Below, in pieces: positions 40,601 through 50,158 of a stretch of 64,000 nucleotides of DNA. Source of the stretch: Candidatus Berkelbacteria bacterium (GTDB lineage Bacteria; Patescibacteriota; UBA1384; 2-12-FULL-50-11); assembly GCA_016432625.1 (NCBI GenBank), contig CP066697.1, positions 522,561 through 586,560 on the forward strand. The letters run 5' to 3'. The translations under genes and the position numbers were made by a program. The number at the start of each line of letters is the position of its first letter. The stretch's first letter is position 1. Below the pieces are notes generated by a model. The model saw nothing but the letters and a program-made list of their open reading frames with translations. It was not told where the DNA came from and did not search any database.

Positions 40601-43600
40601 AGTTGGTTCAACCAACAGCGATACAGCTGATTGCGCCATCACGTTTGGTTCGGGAACGGCAACGAACTGCTCCAATACACGAGATTTAGTTGGGCCGGGG
40701 ACGGCCAATCGATTTGATAACGCCGCCGAAGATGAATCGGCAACGATGGGAACAGGTGACGCCAATGCGTACTACGCATTCGATAATGAAACAACTCCGG
40801 ACACCACTGCTGAAGAATCGACTTCGGCCAACATCTCGTTTCCGGTTACGCAACCAACCAACAGCTCGATCGTTGGCGAGCATTACGCTTCCCGCTTCTC
40901 CGGCTGCGGTAACACCGGCAATGCCTGTGGAGCTGCGGCGCTGACAGTTCAGGCTGCGTTCAAGGATTACTCCGGCTTCAACGCGGCGCTTGGAGGCTAT
41001 AGCACACTGGTAGGCGGCACTTCAGGCTCATCGACGTTAGCATATACCGACAGTATTACGGCCATGTCGATTGCTATCTACGGCCAACAAGCCAACCCTG
41101 AAGATTATATTGATACGGCGGGCAACAAGATCAACATGCGCTTGCGTCCAACTACTCCCGGCACGGCGGCCAGCAACGTCACCACCGTCTGGGATTTTGC
41201 GATGGTTAGTATCCAGTGGATCGAAATCGGCAGCATCATCGATATCCAAGGCAATTCTAGTGTTGCTAGCCAAACAATCGCCGTCGCTATTGATGGCTTA
41301 CTCCAGGTTGGTAAAACCGCGACGGGTGCTGGCGGCGGCTGTCCGTGTGCTTGGACAATTTCTTCAGTCTTTGTCGGTAAGGGTCGAGCAGTCTTAGTTT
41401 GGCACGACGGAGCCAGCGACGCGAACGAATCAAGTGGGATAACCAATTACGACGGGAGCGGCAACATCACTGGCATGGAGCTGACCGCTCACACTCTCTC
41501 GGTTGGGTCAACCGACGATCAGTCTAAAACTTACTCTGAGCTAGTTCTTTTCGACAACGATGCGGACGAAGACGTGATGTATAAGGCCGTCTCCAATGCG
41601 ATAACCGTTGACGCAACGAGTACTTATTCAGACGACACGTTGAATATCTTAAGCGGCGACACCTTGATCGTCGGTGGCAGCGAGACGTTAGCAGCTTACA
41701 ACATCACAATTGATGGTACCTTAACCTCAGGTGGTGCCACTGCCTATACTATTCAAGGTGACTGGGTCAATAATGGCACCTTCAACGAGTCAACGAGTAA
41801 CGTGACGATGAACGGCACAACGAGCGAGGATCTAGATTCTGGGTGTAGCGATACTGATACTTGTACAGCCGAGAATTTTTATAATTTAACAATTAATAAA
41901 ACTGACGGCGACGACGCCAACGACAACGCGACACTGACCAATTTTGGTGTTCGCGTTACCAACATCCTAACAATTACCGACGGTGAGCTGATCCAGGGCA
42001 CGTTCAACGTTAGGGCCGAAGGCAGCAGCGCTGTCTCCGTGGCCGCGGCCGGTAAATGGACGAATATATCTACCGGGGATGTGAAACTCGGCGGCACCGT
42101 CGTCAACGACGGAGCAATAATCCTTAACTCTAACAACGGCACTCAATGCGTTGACGCAGCTAACGATATTGCGATCACCTCGACGAGCGGCGGCTCAGTC
42201 CGAACCTGGTCGGGCAGCGGGACAGAGACGATCTATAATGTGGCAGCAACCGATATGGCTGACAGCACAGTTACTGCCTATACCTCAACTCTGACTAATA
42301 CAACTTGGTCGGTGGGCGCTTGTGGTATCACGATTTCTGGTGGTTGCTTCACCGATGAAGGCGAGGGAACGGGCTGTACTGACGATCCAGCTAGCGAAAT
42401 TAAGGTGGCTGTGAATGGCACGCCTAGCGGCGCGGTTGACGTTGGTGTTGATAGTAGCTGGTCACTTACCGGCGTCACTCAACCATCAGCCAACGATATT
42501 CTGGTCATATATATCAACGCCGAATCGACTGAAACTGAGGAAGCGACTACGGTCATAAAGTACGACGGTGCCGGCGACGTCACCAACGTCCGTCTCTATC
42601 TTTCGCAGCTAGTGATAGGCGCTGATTCCGGTTCGACCAACAGCGATCAGACAATCACTGTCGCCGATATGGACACAACCACCAACGGTTACGAGAACAG
42701 CGACGATGAGGACGTCCTCTACGACGTCACGGCCGGCGCCGATCTAACCGTTGACGCTGAGGCCAACAAATCCGAGCAGCTCTATATTATTAACGGCGAT
42801 ACTTATCGGCCGGCATCAGGTGGTGGCTCCGACACGTCAACGCTCAACTTAGAGATTGATACGTCGGCTGTGGTTACCGCCGACTCTAACGCCTTTGCTA
42901 TTGCTGGCGACTGGAATAACAACGGAACGTTTACCGCTAATACCTCAACCGTCACGTTTTCTGGAACATCCAAAACTCTGTCCGGAACAATGACCGGCTC
43001 GACCGGCAAGTTTAATGATCTGGTTTTCAACGGTTTGGGCGGAAGTTGGGGTTTTAACGCTGCCGTTGAGGCCGGCAACGATTTCACGGTGACAAACGGA
43101 GCAGTGACAGCTAATAACAACAACCTCACTGTTGGGCGCGACTTCACGCTGGCTAACACCGCTGGCGTTTCTTATACTGCCGGCTCCTCAACACTTAATA
43201 TCACTCGGCACTTCAACGACACTGGCGGCACCAAATTCGTTGAAGACACCTCGACGGTCAATCAAACTGGCACCGGAACGATCACGGTCGGAAACGGCGG
43301 CGACTTTAATAACCTATCAATCGGTTATACGGGTTTTACAACGACGCTCTCAAATAACAACTGGGATGTTTTTGGGATAATTACACTTAACGGCGGCTCT
43401 GTTACAGGTGGCGGTTCGTACATCAACCTCTTCAGGGGCACGACAGGATCATCCGTTACATTTGCCAGCGCGACAACGCTTTCGGGAACCCAAACAATCT
43501 ACCACCGTGCCTCGGCCGGAAGTATCACCTACACCATCACCGGCGGTAACTACGGCAGTTGGGGCGTAGTTCCAATCTCTCCGACTGGTATCAACAGCGT

Positions 43601-45656
43601 CATCTACACGTTAGGCGGCAACTTCACCTCAACTGGGTTTATCCGCTTGGAGGCTGATGATGGAGTGACGGGTAGCACTTTCAATACCAGTGGCTCGAAC
43701 TATTCCATTACAACGCCCAGTATCACCGTTGCTCCATGCGCACCAACGCGGACAGGTGCCTGGGCAATCGACTTTAATGACTCATCGATCGCCTTAACTA
43801 GCACAGTAACGTCATTTGCTCTGGGTTCAAACTGCGGTTCCCATACATTAGATCTGGATACGTCGGATGTGACGGTCAACGGTGGTGTTCAGTTTGTGAA
43901 CGGCACTACCTCCCTAACCGTTACCCCCGGTTCATCAGATTTCACCTTCGCCCCGACCGCCTCGCAGACCGAAACCTACGCACCAAATGCTCAGTCGCTC
44001 TGGAATATGATCATTAACGGCGCTAACGGCGCTGCAACAATCCAGCCGTCCAGCGCCGTCGACGTCAATAACAACTTCACAATTACTGCCGGAACGTACG
44101 ACACAGTAACCGCTCAGAATTACGCCTTAACTGTTGGTGGTAACTTTTCAAATAGCGGCACCTTCACCGCGCAAAATGCTAACGTGACCCTTGACGGTAG
44201 TTCAACGCAAACTGTTAGCGGAACACTAACCGGGGCATCGGCTTTCTATAACCTAATTGTCACAAATGTATCCGGTGCCTCAGCTTCAGACTGCGAGCGA
44301 ACCGGCTTTACACCATCAGTTGATTTTAATGTTGATGTAACCGCCACTAATAACCTTACCTTCACTACGGCAAACACTCGCATTGAGTACGATGATGGCA
44401 ATACCTACACCTTCAATAATATTAACTGGAACGGACAAGCCAGTGGCACGCGGATTTTCTTCCGAAATTCAGCAGCCAGCGGCACTTGGCTATTAAAGGT
44501 AACTGGTACTCAAACTGCTGTGTCGTTCATTAATGTCTCTCGAAGTGATGCTTCGGTGGTCGGCGGCAGTACCATCGCCGCGACAGATGGAAGTAATGTC
44601 AATTGCAACAACAACACCAACTGGGACTTTGGCGCTTCGACCTATGAACAGGCGGATTTCAGATTCGGTAATGAGCCAGAAGACACTTCGACAGACAGCG
44701 ATTACACCGGCGTACCGGCTGAAAACACTGCTTACCCGACGAACGGAACGGGGGATGTTTTTCGGTTGAGACAATTGATCCACGTGAGCGGTAGCAATCT
44801 CAGCATTAGCGGCGAGAATTTCAAGTTACGTTTTGGAGAAAAGACCACCTCGGATTGTACTAGCGGTGTCACTTGGGGCGACGTCGCCTCTGGTTCAGGC
44901 GTGATTAGATATTCCAATGGTTCGCCGGCTGACGGCGATAACATAACTAGTAATGCCGGCGACCCAGACCACGCTGGGCACACAAAGCAGTATCAAGATT
45001 ATGAGGAAGCCAACAACTTTACTAACTCCGTATCAGCAATTAACGTCGGCGAGGACGGAGTCTGGTCATTTTCCCTGGAGAATAACTCTGCCGTTGGCGG
45101 AAAAAGATATTGCTTTAAAGTCACTAAATCCGACAATACCGACCTTGATACTTACACCTTCTACCCGGAGGTGATTGTAGAGGAAGAGCTGATTGCCAGT
45201 TTGGATGCGACGAGCAAAGATTTTGGCGTGGTTCAACCAGGCGGCAACCCGACTGATGTCAGCTCAACGCTTACTACAAGTACCAACTCTAGTACCGGTT
45301 ACGTCGTCTACACCTGGTCCACGCAAGCAATGACTCGCGGTAGTTTCACAATCGCCGACTGGACAGGAACTAACGCCTCGCCGACAATTTTCGGTAACGG
45401 CAGTTTCGGTTTTGGCTATACGACGAACGATATTACTTTAACGGGAGGCACTGCTGACCGTTTTAACCCAGGAGGCGCTGGTGCTAAGTACGCCGGCTAT
45501 ACTCATGTCGGACCAGGAGACCCAGTTGCCGACCGGACAAGCGGCCCAACGACCGGGCAAACAGATACCGTGACATATCGTCTTGCCGCCGGTGGAAGTC
45601 AGGCCGCGGGGAAATACCAGACAGTGATAGTGTATGTTTGGAGCGTCACGTTCTGA
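37611..45656 (+). CDS. Giant cell-surface protein A2 (2681 aa), paralog of A1, with an N-terminal TM anchor, two ~570-aa tandem N-terminal modules, a Thr/Gly/Asn-rich repeat region and the conserved C-terminal domain ending ...YVWSVTF
   Basis: Single ORF. About 80 percent nucleotide identity to A1 in the shared module (for example 44270-44550 versus 28600-28880). Confidence 0.8.
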   Translation: MEGKLRGRIDGVYRSGVTLLANTWKNHPYRFPVLLIVFLLSLTVSNSLVFFPKNEDGTRAETAKASTYQFVPTGGNLVTGTDLNANSLLAAAAEGVNTGSWKGTLADDNFHWVVDMLASGTPNVNMQLDLGTAKLTNANKLLIQTEIDMDNASHLLTVQICDWVSSTSVDAAADSQCTTGGWRSLNSQNASNADVTIGLTTSTGFQWHIFDGYFTTGTTGGSAISTPLTNFTSSDTQPIRIRYWSDSDVTCSSDCNLGIDFLRATAFVDSIYHPAGVVNQNGSGGALAGTYANAHVVGNSSTAQQSVTAGNAVYLTGAGTAGSVADYYLVFKNVKTYTGANTFYFKADYSCSAATAGLDHKFSIYNFATTTWVDLNSAVIACSVTDATNAWAENNITPSDFIDESASDEVRVRFLGDLNSTTTLRIDFAYLVLGSTNADSAQCEVTWGTGTATNCANTRDLVGPATATVFSDPAETRSNTADNDYYALDCDFNTTANECSAANIDFPVTVPVDAQVVVNHFAGRFAGDLVGTTNPDLTAQMGIRDYSGTPTSTSGPGGWTLVGASSATLTQIYTDSITALLIGTYGMQINPDDHVDTNNNEMNLRLRTTLSGLDSQDSRWEWDFAMVSIGWVVDSSHPTRDYQFAPTGDTLAAGTETARLALTAAANTGVNTGGWQGTLGDDNLHWTVNGANVVGTNFDVQLNFTTAKQNGANMMLIQTEFDTDLNIGAKIQICDWVSSTSVDAAADGNCTTGGWRSINSQDASNNDVTYTGTTAVVLQWHIFDGYFTTGTTGGSAISTPLGNFFHSSNGVKIRYFSTTQTATAIDIDFLRIQPIIDTIYHPASVTNLNGSGGALAGTYANAHVVGNTVSAQQSVTAGNAVYLTGAGTAGSIADYYLSFKNIKTYAGMNTFYFKADYSCSAATANLDTEFAIYNFTSAAWEDLTTAAIACSTTDATHAWAKNNVTMADYINGGETRIRYYGDLNSATTLRLDFAYLVVGSTNSDTADCAITFGSGTATNCSNTRDLVGPGTANRFDNAAEDESATMGTGDANAYYAFDNETTPDTTAEESTSANISFPVTQPTNSSIVGEHYASRFSGCGNTGNACGAAALTVQAAFKDYSGFNAALGGYSTLVGGTSGSSTLAYTDSITAMSIAIYGQQANPEDYIDTAGNKINMRLRPTTPGTAASNVTTVWDFAMVSIQWIEIGSIIDIQGNSSVASQTIAVAIDGLLQVGKTATGAGGGCPCAWTISSVFVGKGRAVLVWHDGASDANESSGITNYDGSGNITGMELTAHTLSVGSTDDQSKTYSELVLFDNDADEDVMYKAVSNAITVDATSTYSDDTLNILSGDTLIVGGSETLAAYNITIDGTLTSGGATAYTIQGDWVNNGTFNESTSNVTMNGTTSEDLDSGCSDTDTCTAENFYNLTINKTDGDDANDNATLTNFGVRVTNILTITDGELIQGTFNVRAEGSSAVSVAAAGKWTNISTGDVKLGGTVVNDGAIILNSNNGTQCVDAANDIAITSTSGGSVRTWSGSGTETIYNVAATDMADSTVTAYTSTLTNTTWSVGACGITISGGCFTDEGEGTGCTDDPASEIKVAVNGTPSGAVDVGVDSSWSLTGVTQPSANDILVIYINAESTETEEATTVIKYDGAGDVTNVRLYLSQLVIGADSGSTNSDQTITVADMDTTTNGYENSDDEDVLYDVTAGADLTVDAEANKSEQLYIINGDTYRPASGGGSDTSTLNLEIDTSAVVTADSNAFAIAGDWNNNGTFTANTSTVTFSGTSKTLSGTMTGSTGKFNDLVFNGLGGSWGFNAAVEAGNDFTVTNGAVTANNNNLTVGRDFTLANTAGVSYTAGSSTLNITRHFNDTGGTKFVEDTSTVNQTGTGTITVGNGGDFNNLSIGYTGFTTTLSNNNWDVFGIITLNGGSVTGGGSYINLFRGTTGSSVTFASATTLSGTQTIYHRASAGSITYTITGGNYGSWGVVPISPTGINSVIYTLGGNFTSTGFIRLEADDGVTGSTFNTSGSNYSITTPSITVAPCAPTRTGAWAIDFNDSSIALTSTVTSFALGSNCGSHTLDLDTSDVTVNGGVQFVNGTTSLTVTPGSSDFTFAPTASQTETYAPNAQSLWNMIINGANGAATIQPSSAVDVNNNFTITAGTYDTVTAQNYALTVGGNFSNSGTFTAQNANVTLDGSSTQTVSGTLTGASAFYNLIVTNVSGASASDCERTGFTPSVDFNVDVTATNNLTFTTANTRIEYDDGNTYTFNNINWNGQASGTRIFFRNSAASGTWLLKVTGTQTAVSFINVSRSDASVVGGSTIAATDGSNVNCNNNTNWDFGASTYEQADFRFGNEPEDTSTDSDYTGVPAENTAYPTNGTGDVFRLRQLIHVSGSNLSISGENFKLRFGEKTTSDCTSGVTWGDVASGSGVIRYSNGSPADGDNITSNAGDPDHAGHTKQYQDYEEANNFTNSVSAINVGEDGVWSFSLENNSAVGGKRYCFKVTKSDNTDLDTYTFYPEVIVEEELIASLDATSKDFGVVQPGGNPTDVSSTLTTSTNSSTGYVVYTWSTQAMTRGSFTIADWTGTNASPTIFGNGSFGFGYTTNDITLTGGTADRFNPGGAGAKYAGYTHVGPGDPVADRTSGPTTGQTDTVTYRLAAGGSQAAGKYQTVIVYVWSVTF
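37812..41235 (+). repeat. Tandem intragenic duplication of about 1.72 kb in two copies, encoding the N-terminal modules of A2
   Basis: Both copies begin YQF(V/A)PTG and contain IQICDWVSSTSVDAAAD..CTTGGWRS(L/I)NSQ, WHIFDGYFTTGTTGGSAISTPL and FYFKADYSCSAATA. Nucleotide identity is about 75 percent. Confidence 0.7.
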
Positions 45657-46618
45657 TGAAAAAACTTATCCTCACAACATTATTACTTTTGCTTCTCCCC
45701 GTCGTACCAACTGCTTTGGCTCAAGGCGGGGCAATCTCGCCGACTATCGGTGTTACCCCAGCGAAATTGTTTGAGACCGTTACCCCAGAGAAAAAGCAAC
45801 AATTTACCATTAAATTACGTAATTTAGGCATCGACCCTCTGCCGCTGACTGCTTCAACGACCGACGTTGACGGTATTACTGACGAAGGGATTCCGGTGTT
45901 TAGCGAGGCCGTAGCACCGAGATCGGCTAGCTCGTGGATCGCTTTAAGTAGTACGGACGTCATTGTTTCACCTGGGGAGACCAAAGAGCTCGCCCTTAGC
46001 GTTACGCCACCAAAAGATGCCGCACCAGGCGGTTACACGGCAGCGATTATCTTCCAAGCTCAGCTGCCCTCGTACTATTTCGACCTCGATGCGTCAGCTC
46101 GTATCCTACCGGCAATCTCGGTCTTGGCCTTCTTCACGATCCCCGGTAGCGGCGAAATACAGGTGGACAAAGTGTCGTTAGAGAGCCTGAAGGTTCCACG
46201 AATTGTAGTCAGCACGCCGCTATCGGTAGTGGCGGACGTTAAAAATGATAGTAATTTCTTCGTACAGGCCGACGCCCAGGCCACTATTACTAACGTCATC
46301 AGCAAGAAGGCCAAAACCTCAAAGATCGGTTCGATAATCCTGCTCCCTGAAAAAAGTCGAAAATTCATTACAGCATTCGAAGAAGCCATCTGGCCCGGTG
46401 TTTACACCGCAACAATTAACTTTACCCAAGGAGATAAGGTTTTAGTTGGCAGCGCTAAATTCGTCGCCTTGCCTTGGGCGTTCATCATCTTACTGGCCTT
46501 ACTCGCCTTCTTGGCTCTTGGATTTGCCGGACGAAGACGGGTGAGACACGCCTGGTTAGTCTTGCGCGGTAAGGAACATGAGCTCGCCGCTACTAAAAAG
46601 CGTCCGACTCTACGTTAA
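45656..46618 (+). CDS. Surface beta-sandwich protein C2 (paralog of C1) with a C-terminal TM anchor and basic tail
   Basis: The ATG overlaps the A2 stop (TGATG). MKKLILTT... signal peptide, then ...PGGYTAAIIFQAQ..., then an LPW motif, a TM helix and RRRVRH. Confidence 0.6.
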   Translation: MKKLILTTLLLLLLPVVPTALAQGGAISPTIGVTPAKLFETVTPEKKQQFTIKLRNLGIDPLPLTASTTDVDGITDEGIPVFSEAVAPRSASSWIALSSTDVIVSPGETKELALSVTPPKDAAPGGYTAAIIFQAQLPSYYFDLDASARILPAISVLAFFTIPGSGEIQVDKVSLESLKVPRIVVSTPLSVVADVKNDSNFFVQADAQATITNVISKKAKTSKIGSIILLPEKSRKFITAFEEAIWPGVYTATINFTQGDKVLVGSAKFVALPWAFIILLALLAFLALGFAGRRRVRHAWLVLRGKEHELAATKKRPTLR

Positions 46619-46678
46619 GACTTGACAAAGAAGCGTCGAGGTCTGATATTGGAGTTAATGAGTAGAGGGAGGGCAGTC

Positions 46679-47809
46679 ATGAATCAGTTGCGGGGTTTAT
46701 TTTACTTGGTCTTACTGTCCGGCTTAGTCGTTGTCAACTTTTGGGTTCAACCAGTTTCTGCTGTTGCACCTGAAGATTTGACCGTCCTCTTATCGGATTC
46801 GCGCCCCTCAACGGTTGCTAACTGGACTATTACTCACGATCAAGAAGCAACCGCTCAACTTCAAGCCGCCGATACTTTAGTCTTAACCATACCAACCGGA
46901 TTCGCTATTGGTAGCGTTGATCAGACCGACATCGACTTTAAGGTCGCCTCAACAGACGAGGTTCTGCAAACTGGTGCTTGTGGCGCCACTGACACGGTTC
47001 GCTACACTATTGCCGGTCAGGTAATGACGTTCGACCCGTGCGACAGTTACACCGCCGAAGCCGCTGGCTCGATTATCGAAATTGAGATTGGTTTACACGC
47101 CTTATTTACCGACACCGCTAACGCCCAGATCACCAACCACGCAACCCCCGCAACTTACACCGTGACGAGCGATACTTCAGATGAGGATGCTAAAGATGCA
47201 CTAATTGCGGTTGTCAGTGGGGTAACTGTATCTGCCACTGTCGATGAATCGCTAACCGTTGCCGTTAATGCTGTTTCAGCGGGAGCGGCCTGTGATGATA
47301 ACGGCGGCACACCAACTGAAATCACCACAACAGCAACAACGGTGCCGTTTGCTACTGTGGCCACGGAAGCATTCTATAACGGGTGCCAGAGAATTGACGT
47401 TGATACTAACGCGGCGGGTGGCTACACTGTCACCATTGCTCAGACTCAACTTTTAACTTCGGGCGCAACTACGATTGCCGAGGGAACGTGCGATGGTGCA
47501 TGTAACGACACCACACTTGGGGGCTGGGAAACAGCGACCAACAACGGTTTCGGTTACTGCGCCGACGATCGAGCTGGTAACGCTGGTGCGGATGCTGGAA
47601 TTGCCGCGGCGGATCAGTGCGACGATACAACACCTCTCTACTACACCTTCTTCACCGATCCAACGGAACCGACTGTCGACTTCATGTTTTCCTCGGGACC
47701 AATATCCGGTGATCAAACTAACGTCTCCTTCCATCTATCAGTGCCAGGAGACCAGTCAGCAGGCACATATCAAAACGTTGTTTACTACGTCGCGACGCCT
47801 ACTTTCTAA
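46679..47809 (+). CDS. Secreted surface protein B4 (paralog of B1-B3; ends TYQNVVYYVATPTF)
   Basis: ATG at 46679 has GAGGGAGGG 5 nt upstream. Mature N-terminus APEDLTVLLSDSRPSTVANWTITHDQ. Confidence 0.65.
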   Translation: MNQLRGLFYLVLLSGLVVVNFWVQPVSAVAPEDLTVLLSDSRPSTVANWTITHDQEATAQLQAADTLVLTIPTGFAIGSVDQTDIDFKVASTDEVLQTGACGATDTVRYTIAGQVMTFDPCDSYTAEAAGSIIEIEIGLHALFTDTANAQITNHATPATYTVTSDTSDEDAKDALIAVVSGVTVSATVDESLTVAVNAVSAGAACDDNGGTPTEITTTATTVPFATVATEAFYNGCQRIDVDTNAAGGYTVTIAQTQLLTSGATTIAEGTCDGACNDTTLGGWETATNNGFGYCADDRAGNAGADAGIAAADQCDDTTPLYYTFFTDPTEPTVDFMFSSGPISGDQTNVSFHLSVPGDQSAGTYQNVVYYVATPTF

Positions 47810-47846
47810 ACCTTAACTTCTGTCCTACAATGAGGTGGAATATTTG

Positions 47847-48860
47847 ATGAAGTTAAAGTTCATTTTATTACTCTTAATCGCCTTTTTACTGGGAAGCCTG
47901 TTTGCGGTTCCTGGTTTAACGAGCGCTCAAAGCACAACAGCAATTGCTGTATCACCTGTCAGTTTCGATTTTGGCGTTAACCCAGGCGCCACGGAAACGA
48001 ACGTCCTCAAAGTCACTAACACTTCGGCGGCTGAGCTTCAGCTAGAGGCCCGAATCGAGAATATTGTTGGTGCCGATGACCGTGGACAAGTCACCCTCAC
48101 GGAGGAAGAAACCGAGTTTTCCCTTACCAAATGGGTAACGGCATCACCGTCGCGATTCACTCTCAAGGCGAAGGAAACTCGAACGATATCATTTACGATC
48201 AAAGTCCCCGCCAATGCGGAGCCAGGCGGCCATTATGGCTCCATTCTGATCGGTACTGTGGCAAGCAGCGACCCTGGGGCTAGCACCGGCTCCTCAATTG
48301 TTCAACGCGTTGGCTCATTACTACTTGTTAGAGTCGCTGGTACCGCCAAAGAATCGGCGCTGGCGACAAAATTTTACCCCAAGAACCTAGCAGGTAATTG
48401 GGAAGCAATCACCAGCGACGATAAAACCACCACGTACTATATCGCTAAAGAAGAAGACTTCAGCAAGGAAGCCGAGAAGCATTATTTCAACGCTGGGCCT
48501 GTTGCTTTCAACCTTACCTTCAAGAACAGCGGCAACGTTCACTTTCGCCCCTCTGGGTTCGTGACTATCTACAATATCTTCGGTAAAAAAGTCCAAGAGC
48601 TCTCGATCGAGCCTCGCAACGTTTTCCCTGGGGTTGAACGTGACTTAACCGTTATTTGGCCTCAAAGCAAACTCTGGGGCGGGTACTACAGGGCACAGCT
48701 GCTTGCGGTATACGGACAGTCAAATCAAACAATAAGTGCTACTACAACATTCTGGGCGTTTCCGTGGGTGGCAGCGGTCATTATTGGCACCTTGCTGGTC
48801 TTCATAATCGTGGCCCGTAAACGACTGTTTAAGGTGGTTAAAGTTCTTATCAGGGGTTGA
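47847..48860 (+). CDS. Surface beta-sandwich protein C3 (paralog of C1/C2) with a C-terminal TM anchor
   Basis: ATG at 47847 has GAGGTGG upstream. ...PGGHYGSILIGTV..., an FPW motif, a TM helix and ARKRLFK. Confidence 0.6.
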   Translation: MKLKFILLLLIAFLLGSLFAVPGLTSAQSTTAIAVSPVSFDFGVNPGATETNVLKVTNTSAAELQLEARIENIVGADDRGQVTLTEEETEFSLTKWVTASPSRFTLKAKETRTISFTIKVPANAEPGGHYGSILIGTVASSDPGASTGSSIVQRVGSLLLVRVAGTAKESALATKFYPKNLAGNWEAITSDDKTTTYYIAKEEDFSKEAEKHYFNAGPVAFNLTFKNSGNVHFRPSGFVTIYNIFGKKVQELSIEPRNVFPGVERDLTVIWPQSKLWGGYYRAQLLAVYGQSNQTISATTTFWAFPWVAAVIIGTLLVFIIVARKRLFKVVKVLIRG

Positions 48861-48862
48861 TT

Positions 48863-50092
48863 ATGCCCAGGGGGCGGTTATGGGCCATTATTCTTCTCAC
48901 CTTCCTGTCTGTATTCCAAGTTCCCTCAGCACTGGCAGTGCGTCCCGATTCAGTGAAAGACACCTTGAGCGACTCTCGCAAGGCAACAAATAGCCGACAT
49001 ACCATCACTGTTGATATGTCAGCGACGACAGTTTTCTCCGCAGGCGAGAGCTTCGGACTAACTTTTGGTAGCAACTTTACCCTTCCTGCCCTTTCGGCCA
49101 GTGACATCTCATTCGACGACGGTACCAGCCGGACAGTCTTAGCCACTTGCGTTGCCGGCGCCAATAACATCGGCCTTGCTGTTGCCGGGCAGGTTGTGAC
49201 TCTAAGCGCGTGCGCTGGTTTTACCTCAAGTGCTGCAGGAGCAAGTGTCACTATTGTTGTCGGCACAGGATCAACGCTCGTCTCTAACCCCGCCACATCT
49301 GGCATCGCCAGCCTGACAGTCGCCGGTAGCTACGGCGATGATTCACGAACAATAGCAGTCGCTATTATCGAAGGCGTGACTGTCTCCTTAACAATTCCGT
49401 TGCCTAACGGCGATGTTCGCTTTACGGGCGATGTCTTCCCCGGAGCGATCGTCAGTATCTTAGACGGTGGTATGGTCGCCGGAACAACGGTCGCCAACGC
49501 TGCTAGCTTCTTTGATAAGACGATCCAGGGCTTGCTACCAGGGCTGCACACGTTTGGTGTTTTCGGACAATCTCTCGACGGCCGTCGAACTTTAACCTTA
49601 AGCTTCACTATCAACGTTGTCGCTGGCTCCACGGTGACGGTCAGTGGGATTCTACTGCCGCCAGTAATCTCCGTGCCCGCTAGCGAAAAACGGCCAGTTG
49701 CGTTAATTGAGTCTGGGTTAGCACGACACAACAGCACCGTAACAACATTCACTAATAGCCATAATCAGATTTCACAACAGGTTTCGACAAATTCAAATGG
49801 TGAATGGAGCGTCTCGATTGGCGACGTGCTTCATCTCGGGGGCCACACGGCCTCAGCGCTAGTCAATGACGGCAACGGTAACCAATCTGTCTTAACTGAC
49901 GCAAAGTCATTTGAAGTAATGCTCTCGGCCGACCTTAACATCGATAACCTTGTTAGCCTAACGGACTTTTCGATGCTAATGTTCAACTACGGCACCTCTA
50001 ACCCTGCTAATAAGGCTGCCGACATTAACGACAACGGCCCTGTGGACCTAGTAGATTTCTCTGTAATGATGTTTTACTGGACAGGTGGCTAA
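48863..50092 (+). CDS. Secreted protein with a C-terminal type-I dockerin domain
   Basis: Two Ca-binding dockerin repeats, DLNIDNLVSLTDFSMLMFNY and DINDNGPVDLVDFSVMMFYW, at the C-terminus. The mature N-terminus (RPDSVKDTLSDSRKATNSRHTITVD) resembles that of the B family. Confidence 0.65.
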   Translation: MPRGRLWAIILLTFLSVFQVPSALAVRPDSVKDTLSDSRKATNSRHTITVDMSATTVFSAGESFGLTFGSNFTLPALSASDISFDDGTSRTVLATCVAGANNIGLAVAGQVVTLSACAGFTSSAAGASVTIVVGTGSTLVSNPATSGIASLTVAGSYGDDSRTIAVAIIEGVTVSLTIPLPNGDVRFTGDVFPGAIVSILDGGMVAGTTVANAASFFDKTIQGLLPGLHTFGVFGQSLDGRRTLTLSFTINVVAGSTVTVSGILLPPVISVPASEKRPVALIESGLARHNSTVTTFTNSHNQISQQVSTNSNGEWSVSIGDVLHLGGHTASALVNDGNGNQSVLTDAKSFEVMLSADLNIDNLVSLTDFSMLMFNYGTSNPANKAADINDNGPVDLVDFSVMMFYWTGG

Positions 50093-50158
50093 TGAATATT
50101 AGACACTGGCCGGTAGAAGCTCGAAGCGTTAGCAAGATGTTTTACTGGACGGGCGGAT
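50068..50158 (+). repeat. Direct repeat. The last 7 codons of the dockerin gene (MFYWTGG-stop) are duplicated 68 nt downstream, just upstream of the next gene.
   Basis: GATGTTTTACTGGACAGGTGGCT at 50068-50090 versus GATGTTTTACTGGACGGGCGGAT at 50136-50158. Confidence 0.6.

Noticed and set aside
20335-45174. Dozens of 60-150-aa ORFs, mostly minus-strand, inside the two giant genes
   Set aside because: The giant genes are continuous + strand ORFs with biased Thr/Gly/Asn/Val codon usage, which generates long antisense and out-of-frame ORFs such as PVVALPERV... These were treated as spurious.
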